A stretch of DNA of 64,000 nucleotides from a virus (Duplodnaviria > Caudoviricetes). The translations under genes were made by a program, and so were the position numbers. Below the pieces are notes generated by a model, which was not told the DNA's origin, ran no database searches, and was given only the letters and a program-made list of their open reading frames with translations. The DNA lies in IMG/VR virus record IMGVR_UViG_3300033145_002707, positions 5,218 through 69,217 of that record, one strand, 5' to 3'. The number at the start of each line of letters is the position of its first letter. The stretch's first letter is position 1. Shown piece by piece: positions 55,524-64,000 of this stretch.

Positions 55524-56014
55524 ATCGGATAACCAACACCTCGTTCCTCAATTTCCTCGGCTATAACTGTTAAATATTCCCTATTCTCTTCTCGATCAAT
55601 GACTCCGTGTATCTTGAACAACCTTCCTGCTGCACTTGACCTTCGTTCGAGAAACAAAAAATAATCACTTTTCAAATGAGAAAAATCAGTCATTATTTTA
55701 AAACCAGATGAGAATCCAAACCCCATCTCCCTTCCAAGTTTAGCAACAGCAACTTTTCTGACGGCGAATTCATGAGATACATTTTCATCTATCTGCTGGC
55801 CTCTTATATATTTTTGACCAGTTCCGCTATATCCAAGAGGCTTCATACCCATCCAAACAGTTACAAGTGGAGCCATGTATCCAAAATCACCTACTTCAAA
55901 GCCCTCTCCATATGCATTTCCAAGTCCAAAATCAAAACCTCCTGCCTCATTTGGATCATGAGTCGACTTTAAAACTTGAACTCGATATTTTAATTGTGGT
56001 GCCAACCATGTCAT
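55520..56014 (-). CDS. Head-tail adaptor/stopper (SPP1 gp16-like)
   Basis: L..RV.V...VTVW; contains Gly/Phe-rich insertions. Confidence 0.65.
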   Translation of the reverse strand: MTWLAPQLKYRVQVLKSTHDPNEAGGFDFGLGNAYGEGFEVGDFGYMAPLVTVWMGMKPLGYSGTGQKYIRGQQIDENVSHEFAVRKVAVAKLGREMGFGFSSGFKIMTDFSHLKSDYFLFLERRSSAAGRLFKIHGVIDREENREYLTVIAEEIEERGVGYPI

Positions 56015-56018
56015 CCAA

Positions 56019-56657
56019 TCACCTGATCATAACCTCTACCACCCTATACAAATCCAAACCAAATTTGGCTTCCGGTGGTGGTTTTTTAGGATCTATTACT
56101 CTTGTTGCATAAATGGATGATGCCCATAGCATGATGGATTCAATTATAGTCTGTGGAATAGCAACTGCAGCAGCACCATATCCAGCAACATACCTAATAA
56201 GATAACCACCATAATCACGAGATGTGTTGGTTGGAGCAACCACAGACCTTTTCAAAACAAGTCTCCCTACTCCACTTCCAAGTATTGTAAAATAATTGTC
56301 TGAACTGTACTCAGTTTCAACATCATCTTCGTCAAGTGTTGCAACCTTGGTTATAGAAACAAGAGGTGGCATTGGCAACTTGATATTCTCAGCTGGCCAA
56401 TAATCCAATTTCACCGTTATTGTTTGGTGAATCAAAGCCCTGCCCATATATTGTTCAGATGCTATTCTTGCAGCCTTTATAAAACCTGCAAGAGTTGCGT
56501 CTTCATCACCTCCGTCTATATGGCCAAAGTCGACTAACTCGTCAACAGTTACTGGCTCGAGAGCTGGTTCAGTTGTAACTGACCAAGCCCTGTTTCCATG
56601 CTTTGGCAAAGGATTCGCAATCAGACTATCAGTTTTCCTGTTAAGGCTTGCCACCAA
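56019..56657 (-). CDS. Head-tail connector (HK97 gp6/phiE125 gp8-like)
   Basis: PA.EPVT.DE, AR...EQY.GRALI.QT, IRYVAGYG. Confidence 0.85.
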   Translation of the reverse strand: MVASLNRKTDSLIANPLPKHGNRAWSVTTEPALEPVTVDELVDFGHIDGGDEDATLAGFIKAARIASEQYMGRALIHQTITVKLDYWPAENIKLPMPPLVSITKVATLDEDDVETEYSSDNYFTILGSGVGRLVLKRSVVAPTNTSRDYGGYLIRYVAGYGAAAVAIPQTIIESIMLWASSIYATRVIDPKKPPPEAKFGLDLYRVVEVMIR

Positions 56658-56669
56658 CTCACCTCACGA

Positions 56670-57059
56670 TTATTCTGCCAATTTGGCTGTAATAAGCTCA
56701 ATTTCAGACTCTGATAGTCCTGATGCTGGTGCTCCTGCACTTATGTCAAGCTCATCTGCCGCCTGAATAACAGCCTTGGATGGCATATCAAGTTTTTTGG
56801 CAAGCTCATAAACACGCATTACCAAAACTTTCTCACTGTCCTTATCCTTATTGCTTGGTGATTTACCAAGGTCTTTATTTTCAGGAGCAGCAACAACAGC
56901 CTTGCGTTCGATTTTAACATATGTCGCAATCTCTTGATCATCAACAAAATTCTTAGCAAGACCTTCACTAACTACATATTCCTGACCAATTTTGAATCGC
57001 TGAACAGTTATACCGTCGTTGCTGCCTTGAGTCGTAACATCCATTTTGATTTTAGGCAT
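56670..57059 (-). CDS. Head-region hypothetical protein with C-terminal IF2_N-like domain
   Basis: MRVYELAKKLDMPSKAVI...LDI......SGLSESE. Confidence 0.6.
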   Translation of the reverse strand: MPKIKMDVTTQGSNDGITVQRFKIGQEYVVSEGLAKNFVDDQEIATYVKIERKAVVAAPENKDLGKSPSNKDKDSEKVLVMRVYELAKKLDMPSKAVIQAADELDISAGAPASGLSESEIELITAKLAE

Positions 57060-57089
57060 ATTCCACCTCTTTTAAATATTTGATAAATG

Positions 57090-57629
57090 TTAATTTGCTT
57101 GCGCAACTATCATCAAATCTCTTTCGATCACAGACCACTGAGTTGCAACTTCACAAAGAAGCAGCACTGTACCACCTGTTGCTCCGGCTGTAACCATCAA
57201 CTGTGAACAAACAGTGCCATCTATGTCTATCAAAGACACACCACCTAATCCGCCACCATTTGCAGAAGCATAAATTGAAAGATTAGCAGCACCAACAGCC
57301 ACTCCAAAGTTTATTTTCAGATATTGTCCAACAGATGGTAGTGGCAAATACATTGAAAGCTTTGAATCTCCAGTAGACATTGTCGAAAACAGAATATGTC
57401 CATAAGGCACCAGGAATCTGCTATGTGTACTCATCATTGTATCATCGGCAGCACCAGCTGATATATCCGCAAACCATACAGATTTTCTGGATAACAAAAA
57501 ATTTCTCAAATATGAACCATTATAATCTGTATCAAAAAATTTAAAATTGCCAGCAGCCTTCATGAAAAACAAGCTACCACCACGCTCTCTCCCTACGTCT
57601 GTTTGATATGTATTATTTATCTCGGCCAT
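57090..57629 (-). CDS. Putative capsid decoration protein, paralog A
   Basis: Shares KFFDTDY.G.YLRNFLLSRKSVW and MSTHSRFLVPYGHILFS with its neighbour. Confidence 0.6.
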   Translation of the reverse strand: MAEINNTYQTDVGRERGGSLFFMKAAGNFKFFDTDYNGSYLRNFLLSRKSVWFADISAGAADDTMMSTHSRFLVPYGHILFSTMSTGDSKLSMYLPLPSVGQYLKINFGVAVGAANLSIYASANGGGLGGVSLIDIDGTVCSQLMVTAGATGGTVLLLCEVATQWSVIERDLMIVAQAN

Positions 57630-57662
57630 TGTTCTCCCCCTCGATAGTTTAAATGTTATTGA

Positions 57663-58187
57663 TTATGCCAGCCTTGCTGTAACACTTGCATTTCTTTCAA
57701 TCACAGACCACTGCTGGTCAACATCACAACTAATGATCAGTTTTCCCATCGCTGATACTTCAAAAGACGACAAAGCTAACCCACCAATATCAATCAATGA
57801 GACATTATCCAAACCACCACCAGATTGGGCCCAGATAGAGATGTTGGCATCACCAATCATCCTTGTAAAATTCATCGCAAGATATTGACCTATTGATGGC
57901 AATGGAAGCAGCATTGAAAGCTTGGAATCTCCAGTTGAACCACTGAAAAGAATATGTCCATAAGGGACAAGGAAACGGCTGTGGGTACTCATCATCATAT
58001 CATTTGTACCATCGCTTGAAAGACGTGGTTCCCATACAGATTTTCTGGATAACAGAAAATTTCTCAAATACATTCCTGTATAATCTGTATCAAAAAACTT
58101 AAACAAACCAGTTGCCTTCATATACATAAGGCCACCACCTTGTTCTCTTCCCACGTTTGCTTGGTATTTTTGACTTATCTCGGCCAT
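57663..58187 (-). CDS. Putative capsid decoration protein, paralog B
   Basis: Tandem duplicate of 57090-57629, including the RBS region. Confidence 0.6.
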   Translation of the reverse strand: MAEISQKYQANVGREQGGGLMYMKATGLFKFFDTDYTGMYLRNFLLSRKSVWEPRLSSDGTNDMMMSTHSRFLVPYGHILFSGSTGDSKLSMLLPLPSIGQYLAMNFTRMIGDANISIWAQSGGGLDNVSLIDIGGLALSSFEVSAMGKLIISCDVDQQWSVIERNASVTARLA

Positions 58188-58220
58188 TGGTCTCCCCCTC
58201 GATAAAAGTTGTTCGTTATA

Positions 58221-58242
58221 GCGAGGGACATTGCTCCCTCGC
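58221..58242 (-). terminator. GC-rich hairpin after the capsid-associated gene
   Basis: GCGAGGGA/TCCCTCGC stem; weak U tract. Confidence 0.45.
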
Positions 58243-58268
58243 CATTATACACTATGTTCAGCCAGGAC

Positions 58269-58871
58269 CTATACTGGATTGACTGGCCAATTAGCCGGAA
58301 GCCCTAAGAATGCATGAGCAGCAACAGCAACAATGGAAATATCAGTTGAAGCACTCATCATGATTCTCACCCAACGTTTTGGTCCGAGATATCCGATCTT
58401 AGCCTGGTAACTATTTGTCAAACAGCTCGCAGCACTTGTAGTTGAAAGAGCTATTGCCAATACCAACCCAGACAAACCACCTGCTCTCGCCGGTACGGAA
58501 ATTTTGTATGCTGTTCTTGTAATATTATCAAGAGCAAGCCAGCTGTCAATTGTCAAGTCTGACATCAACTGATAAATATCCACACCACAAACATGCTCAG
58601 CAGAAACATATGACCATGCACCAACATCATCAACACCAGTGGTACTGTTGGAAGCATGCTCCATATACACATTGATCGGATCAGCAAAGCTGGTCAAAAT
58701 GACACCACCAGCGCCAGAACCGATTGCGCTATGCTGGATTGTAAAAGCACAAGTCTCATAGCCCTGTGTATCCACAGTTGCACCAATAATCGGCGTCACA
58801 CTCAAATCAGCCAAGTGCGGAGCAACCACCTCAAAAAATTTAAAATTGCTTATCTGTTCTCTAATACTCAT
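58269..58871 (-). CDS. Capsid-associated protein
   Basis: Follows the major capsid gene; VDTQGYE and GYLGPKRWVRI. Confidence 0.6.
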   Translation of the reverse strand: MSIREQISNFKFFEVVAPHLADLSVTPIIGATVDTQGYETCAFTIQHSAIGSGAGGVILTSFADPINVYMEHASNSTTGVDDVGAWSYVSAEHVCGVDIYQLMSDLTIDSWLALDNITRTAYKISVPARAGGLSGLVLAIALSTTSAASCLTNSYQAKIGYLGPKRWVRIMMSASTDISIVAVAAHAFLGLPANWPVNPV

Positions 58872-58939
58872 GATTAAAATCCTCCTTGTTAGGATAATTT
58901 ATATGTTTATTGCCAACATAAGCTTAACCTAAATTTCGA

Positions 58940-60367
58940 TTATACACTTATGATTCCAAGTTTAAGTGCCTGGAAATTAGTCACATCACCACCAACTCTC
59001 TTCCTCGTATAAAACTCAACATAAGGTTTAGCAGTAAATGGATCACGCTGGATGGTGATTCCGAGACGGTCAACAACCATATATGCTTCAGTCCAATCAG
59101 CCAAAGCTACAGATAAGGTATTTGCAGCCACTGTTGGCATTGAGGTTGACATGCGAACTGGCAAACCAAGAATTGTACTATTCTCATCATCTTTGAAACT
59201 CGGTTTCCAAATATAAGCTCCAGTTCCATCCTTGAGATACATAGCATCAGCAACAGTCAAACGATTCATCAGCCAGGTGCCTCTCGACAGATATTGCTCA
59301 ATCATACTGTATTTCACAGCAATAAATCCATCAGCAGTCAAAGCAGCCGCAGCCTGCATGGCTATCTGCTCAACTGTACCAAAAGCAACACCATTACCAT
59401 AGCTCAGAATGCCTCTTGGTTTTCCAACACCATTACCATTTACAAAAGCTGCTCCTTCACCTCTGGTGAAACGGTTTGCAACCTTGTCTGCAATCCAGTT
59501 CTCGATATTGATTCCAGAATCTTCCAGAAGAGTCTGAGTTGCTCTTGGCTTGGCATACATAATATGAACAGGGATTCTTTTCTTGTAGAGCTTTCCTGTA
59601 TCCGTTTCATCACTTGTCTCAGTTTCACCTTCCCAACCAAAACCAAACTGATCCCAATCTACCAACCATTCAATGGCTCCGGTAGAAATGGACTCAACAC
59701 TGGCCAACTGGCGAATCGGATCAGCTTCAAAAAGTCTCTTTATAATCCGGTTGCTCATAACTGGAGTCACTGTATAGCCACCATCAGGGTCAACTCCTAC
59801 AGACAGTGCCTTCAGTGCCTCTGGAGTAGCAAGCCTTTCGTCCTTACGAATAAACAGTTCAAATGCTTGTTTATATCCATCGTAGACTTCAACATCCACT
59901 TCCATCTGCTTCACCCTGTCAAAAGTGGCACCCTTGTCGCTTTTATCCCTGACTATCATAGCATTAATCATGAAGTCTTTGGCTTCTTTGAGCTGATCAG
60001 CCTTTTGGACTACTGACAGGGAATTGTCTTCGTTTGGAACCCTCTTGAAAGCAGTTTCGACAGCATCGATCCTGGCATCAAGGGAATCCTTTTGCTCTTG
60101 GATGGTAATGGCAATTTTCTCATCAATGGCAACCTGACGGGTCGTGATTTCCTCGGAGAACTTTGTGATCCGTTCCTCAAGCAAAGCATTAAATTTCCCA
60201 TCACCTTCACCAATCAGACCTTTCACTGCTTCATAAGACTTGTGCAATTCATCAAAATTGGCTTTGGTATTATCACCAAGCTTTTTGATTTCGTCCTGAA
60301 TTGCCTTGACAACTGCAGGTTCCGGTGTAATATCATTGCCCTCTGCATCTTTTTTCTGATAACGCAT
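58940..60367 (-). CDS. Major capsid protein, HK97 fold
   Basis: LSVGVDPDGGYTV, TQTLLEDS, FVNGNGVGKPRGIL, RDPFTAKPYVEFYT.KRVGG. Confidence 0.95.
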   Translation of the reverse strand: MRYQKKDAEGNDITPEPAVVKAIQDEIKKLGDNTKANFDELHKSYEAVKGLIGEGDGKFNALLEERITKFSEEITTRQVAIDEKIAITIQEQKDSLDARIDAVETAFKRVPNEDNSLSVVQKADQLKEAKDFMINAMIVRDKSDKGATFDRVKQMEVDVEVYDGYKQAFELFIRKDERLATPEALKALSVGVDPDGGYTVTPVMSNRIIKRLFEADPIRQLASVESISTGAIEWLVDWDQFGFGWEGETETSDETDTGKLYKKRIPVHIMYAKPRATQTLLEDSGINIENWIADKVANRFTRGEGAAFVNGNGVGKPRGILSYGNGVAFGTVEQIAMQAAAALTADGFIAVKYSMIEQYLSRGTWLMNRLTVADAMYLKDGTGAYIWKPSFKDDENSTILGLPVRMSTSMPTVAANTLSVALADWTEAYMVVDRLGITIQRDPFTAKPYVEFYTRKRVGGDVTNFQALKLGIISV

Positions 60368-60389
60368 AATTAAATTCCTCCCTATGCTT

Positions 60390-61139
60390 CTATAAATTAA
60401 TTTGTTTCAAGCTATTCAATATGCCAGACAAGCCATCAGGGCCAACCCTTTTAATAATAGGTAGCCCATCATTTACTTTTTTCAAGCTGTCTAAAACATT
60501 TGTCAGCTCTTGTTCCCCTCTTTTCTTCATCTCCACATCTCGCAAAGATGCTTTGCAAACACTGATAATCATTTGTGCTTGATTCTTGCTGTGCCCTGCC
60601 TCTCGCAAAGCATTTTCCAAATCACGAACGTTCTTAGCTTCCTCTATGGCTTTCACAGTCGACACAACGGCACCAAGTTTTGCCGGAAACGTGACAATAC
60701 TAAGTTCCCACAAATCGACCTTTTTTAATGTGCGTGTTTGTTTCTCTTTATTGGTATCATATTCAACTGCATCGTACCCAATTGACATACCAAGCTTGAA
60801 TGTCTTTGTCTCAGCACCAAGCTTCATAATCTCATAGACATCACTGCCCAAACTGGTTTTCAAAGCCAGCTTGCCAGCAGTTTTCAAGCCTCTTTTGTCT
60901 TCATCAAGACTAATCCAAACACCAGGAATTTTTGATGAGTCATGCTGCCACAGCATAGCAACACCTGTTTTGTTACGACCACCAGCAGCCAATGTATCGA
61001 TGAAGGCACCAGGAGCAACAAGATCTCCGTAAGCATCTGGTGTTTTATTAAATAATGAACCATATCCTTTAAAGGTACCATCATCATTAATATCCTTAGC
61101 CTTGACTTCAAGCGGAATATCCAAATAGGACTTATTCAT
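60390..61139 (-). CDS. Prohead protease (HK97 family)
   Basis: GTFKGYGS, MLWQHD, MSIGY, LWELSIVTFPA. Confidence 0.93.
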   Translation of the reverse strand: MNKSYLDIPLEVKAKDINDDGTFKGYGSLFNKTPDAYGDLVAPGAFIDTLAAGGRNKTGVAMLWQHDSSKIPGVWISLDEDKRGLKTAGKLALKTSLGSDVYEIMKLGAETKTFKLGMSIGYDAVEYDTNKEKQTRTLKKVDLWELSIVTFPAKLGAVVSTVKAIEEAKNVRDLENALREAGHSKNQAQMIISVCKASLRDVEMKKRGEQELTNVLDSLKKVNDGLPIIKRVGPDGLSGILNSLKQINL

Positions 61140-61212
61140 ATCAGCTTCCTCCAAAAATATTCTCTTAAAATAAAACATCTGTTCATTGATTCAGTTATCG
61201 GCCAACAAGTCA

Positions 61213-61419
61213 TTAAGTTTTGTTTTTTTGGAATACAATATCGTTGTCTTGATTGGGCAATGGTCTTAAATGCAAATTGCTGCCATATGCTATTTTATCT
61301 GGAATGCCTTTCGGAAAAGCAGAGCACACATGAAGCTCAATGTTTTCAGTCCCATCTGGCTGTACCACCCCAATATAATGCACACATTTCCTTTTGAAAC
61401 AATTTGGTTGATTAACCAT
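61213..61419 (-). CDS. Small Cys/His protein, possible immunity-type partner
   Basis: C..C.H...C.AFP.GIP..I..G...H..P. Confidence 0.6.
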   Translation of the reverse strand: MVNQPNCFKRKCVHYIGVVQPDGTENIELHVCSAFPKGIPDKIAYGSNLHLRPLPNQDNDIVFQKNKT

Positions 61420-61440
61420 GCTTATTAATCTCCAATGTTA

Positions 61441-62571
61441 TTAGCCAAACATATCATCAAACAAAGACTCTATATCCTTTGGCAACATCCCTCTTTTATA
61501 TTTAGGAGATGTATATGCAGAAAAACATTCAGAAAATGCTTCATCAGCGTTTGTCCCTGCATATCTACTGACCCCTTTTTCAAAGAATTTTGAACCTCTT
61601 TTGCTAAAAATTTTATTCCATTTTTTGGTAAAATTTTTCTTTTTCAAAACACCACTTCCAGCAATTTCAGTTTTGATGAAATGTCCAAACTCATGACGAT
61701 ATATCCCCAACAAATCAGACGAAACACTAAAATTCTTTTTTCCAACTTTCAATCTGTGCAAATCATGGCCCTTTTTCAAAGTTGATGACATAAACATTTC
61801 AGCATCACCAGCAAGGTAACTACCAATTTGATTTGTCCCTGGCAAAACATCTCTTTTATAAATTTTGATTGATTTTAGTCTTGAAGAAGAACCCCTGATG
61901 ATATCTTTGGTCTTCAAGAATGACGCTTCAATTCTATCAAATTCTTTAAGCATAGGATTTAACACTTTATCCAACAACTCTTTTTTGGAAAATTCATGTT
62001 CAAAGCCTGCTGTAAAATTCGAACCAAATTGAGATGAACTAAACCTTTCCTTAGCTTCATCTACAGTTTTTGCTGGAGTGAACCTTGGTGGCTTGGGCTT
62101 TAAGATAGGCTTTGTAGGCTTGCCAAAAATCTTTTTTAACACAGACTCATTAATTTCCTGCATGTCTTTAAATTTAAATGTTTTTATGCCTTTGTCATAA
62201 TACATCTTCCCGGTTCTATCATCAATTACAACTGTATGTAAATTCACACCAGGGTGCTTCTTAGCCTCAGCCAACTTCCTTGCCAAAGAATCTTTAGGCA
62301 TATAGACACCATCGATACCAGCTTTAGAAGCCTTTTTGACTATTTTGACGTCAACAAAGTGCTTTGGCCTGCTGGATGTACCAACTCTAATGTCAAACGG
62401 AACAGACCTCCCTGGCAACGTGTCACCACCTATAGATGACGCAAGCTTAGAGCTTTTAGATGCATTATCAATCTGACTATTGCCAACAATTGGCCTATCA
62501 ACAGCTGTAGCCTTTTTGATTTTTGATACATCCTTTTTTGTCAAGCACACCTTGGCTTTTGTAAACAACAT
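61441..62571 (-). CDS. Two-domain protein: possible PD-(D/E)xK-like N-domain plus zincin metallopeptidase
   Basis: PFD...VDVK; HEFGH...YA.TN..EAFSE. Confidence 0.6.
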   Translation of the reverse strand: MLFTKAKVCLTKKDVSKIKKATAVDRPIVGNSQIDNASKSSKLASSIGGDTLPGRSVPFDIRVGTSSRPKHFVDVKIVKKASKAGIDGVYMPKDSLARKLAEAKKHPGVNLHTVVIDDRTGKMYYDKGIKTFKFKDMQEINESVLKKIFGKPTKPILKPKPPRFTPAKTVDEAKERFSSSQFGSNFTAGFEHEFSKKELLDKVLNPMLKEFDRIEASFLKTKDIIRGSSSRLKSIKIYKRDVLPGTNQIGSYLAGDAEMFMSSTLKKGHDLHRLKVGKKNFSVSSDLLGIYRHEFGHFIKTEIAGSGVLKKKNFTKKWNKIFSKRGSKFFEKGVSRYAGTNADEAFSECFSAYTSPKYKRGMLPKDIESLFDDMFG

Positions 62572-62844
62572 TTACCTCACACCATCAGCAATTATCACAA
62601 CAAGCTCAGATTTTTTAATCATCTTGATTAGATTATTCAAAGTGTCTTTGACATGTGGATTCCTTGGTTTTAATGATTTCAAATTGATAATCAAATCATT
62701 AGTAACAAGTGATGAGCCAAGCACCATCAGCCCTTTAGATGCATTGTTGCCTTTCTCCATTATAAAATCATTAAGATTCAACATACCAGTATTGGTAGCA
62801 AGATCACCAACATATCCATCAACATCATACAATTGAACACTCAT
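62572..62844 (-). CDS. Hypothetical protein
   Basis: 90-aa ORF translationally coupled to MuF. Confidence 0.6.
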   Translation of the reverse strand: MSVQLYDVDGYVGDLATNTGMLNLNDFIMEKGNNASKGLMVLGSSLVTNDLIINLKSLKPRNPHVKDTLNNLIKMIKKSELVVIIADGVR

Positions 62845-63794
62845 TAGCCAGATATCCTTTTGTCAGAACGCATTATGAAATCCAAACAAGAGGTTTTTCT
62901 TGTCGGCAAACCTACATAATCACACAATGGTGTATTGCCACTAATTCCTTTTACTGTCCCTTCATATTGCTTTGGTGAATTGGCAGGAACAGCTGGTGGA
63001 ATTTCATCAAGTTCATTAAGTGTATGATATATAACAACACATCTGCAATTTATAATATTTTCAGCACTACCTGATGGGTCGCCAGGATATTTTAAGCCCT
63101 CTCCGTTGACAACAAATTCTCCATCTTGTGTAGTCCTTTGTCCATCTGCATCTGCATGAGAGTCCCTAACTCTTTCATCAAGAGTTGCCACCCACTCTCT
63201 CTCCATCTCAATCCTGGTACTGGCTATGGCTGCATCAACTGACTTAACTGCTGCTGTATGAGTTTCTGTTATAGCAATTGTTCTGGCTCTAATGCCATTT
63301 GTAATTTTTCCTGTATTCCTAATCCTTTTAGCTATTTGCCTATGTGATTCACCTTCTGCAATGCCTTTCCTTATAGCCCTTTGGATATTTTCTCTGGTAG
63401 TCTTTTGAATTTTAGTTATTTTTGCCCCAGCTTGAACCCTATTCCAACTATTCATTGTTCTCCAAAACTCGTCTTTTGGAGTCTTTGCTTCAAGTGGAAT
63501 CGCAAGCTTAACTTCCTTTATAACATCTGTAACCTTTTTATTGAAGATTGTAGCAGTCCTTCTGTATTGTTTCCCAAGTGTAGCAACCAATCTTGCCCTT
63601 GTTTTATTCACTGCTACATCAATGTCGAATAGTAGCCCTTGGTCTATAAACTTAGCTACATCTGAATACTGCTTGTTCAAAGCCAACCTAAATTCTTTAG
63701 CCTGCATCTCCTCCAAAATAAGCATGTTCCTCGTCATCTCAATTTGAAATCTATTTCTATCCCTTTTGTTTTTGGGCAGACCAAATCGACACAA
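62844..63794 (-). CDS. MuF / SPP1 gp7-like minor head protein (start uncertain)
   Basis: RARTIAITETH, EWVATLDERVRDSH, YPGDP......INCRC. Confidence 0.9.
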   Translation of the reverse strand: MCRFGLPKNKRDRNRFQIEMTRNMLILEEMQAKEFRLALNKQYSDVAKFIDQGLLFDIDVAVNKTRARLVATLGKQYRRTATIFNKKVTDVIKEVKLAIPLEAKTPKDEFWRTMNSWNRVQAGAKITKIQKTTRENIQRAIRKGIAEGESHRQIAKRIRNTGKITNGIRARTIAITETHTAAVKSVDAAIASTRIEMEREWVATLDERVRDSHADADGQRTTQDGEFVVNGEGLKYPGDPSGSAENIINCRCVVIYHTLNELDEIPPAVPANSPKQYEGTVKGISGNTPLCDYVGLPTRKTSCLDFIMRSDKRISG

Positions 63795-64000
63795 TGCTTT
63801 TTGGAAGTCAATTTATATCCACAATCAATACACTCACATTTGAATGTTTCCTTTTCTTCATCAACATATTCAAGGCCAAGCATCTGATTAATTTCCTCAT
63901 CAGTATAGCCTTGCCTCAAAAGTTCAAGCCTCACTTCCTCTTCATCTTCTTCATCTACAGGCTCATCGTCTTCAGGTGGTGGTTCAGCAGGAGGAGGTGG
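63734..64000 (-). CDS. Partial gene, probably the portal C-terminus (acidic/Pro tail and Cys motif)
   Basis: Frame open to the window edge; PPPAEPPPEDD...KCECIDCG...HC...CPK; lies upstream of MuF. Confidence 0.5.
   Translation of the reverse strand, partial: PPPPAEPPPEDDEPVDEEDEEEVRLELLRQGYTDEEINQMLGLEYVDEEKETFKCECIDCGYKLTSKKHCVDLVCPKTKGIEIDFKLR

Noticed and set aside
955-63747. Many opposite-strand and nested ORFs in the track (e.g. 2244-2714, 3052-3606, 13982-14518, 59294-60016)
   Set aside because: They shadow well-supported genes and lack RBS or motifs
1-64000. Integrase, att sites, reverse transcriptase/DGR, tRNA or rRNA genes
   Set aside because: No supporting motifs seen; lifestyle cannot be determined from this window

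Overview
This AT-rich 64-kb window is part of a large tailed-phage genome, predicted to be a myovirus with an HK97-type head and a Mu-like contractile tail. I saw no integrase, tRNA, rRNA or CRISPR array. The plus strand (1-38264) runs through five blocks: (1) early genes (Ycf46-like AAA ATPase, DUF1257-, DUF2997- and DUF3150-like proteins, a sigma factor) punctuated by five 63-nt repeats; (2) a putative nucleotide-modification cluster; (3) DnaE interrupted by an apparently split intein and fused to a UDG domain; (4) recombination genes including a split SbcC; (5) a nonulosonic-acid (pseudaminic/legionaminic-type) biosynthesis cluster with a Maf-family transferase and a sialidase-like protein. 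The minus strand (38319-64000) carries lysis, tail, neck, head and MuF genes and the end of a probable portal gene. Top candidate for novelty: the five repeats match the catalytic core of the pistol self-cleaving ribozyme but lack its P1 stem and A-rich linker. All family assignments come from motif recognition by eye; no database searches were run.
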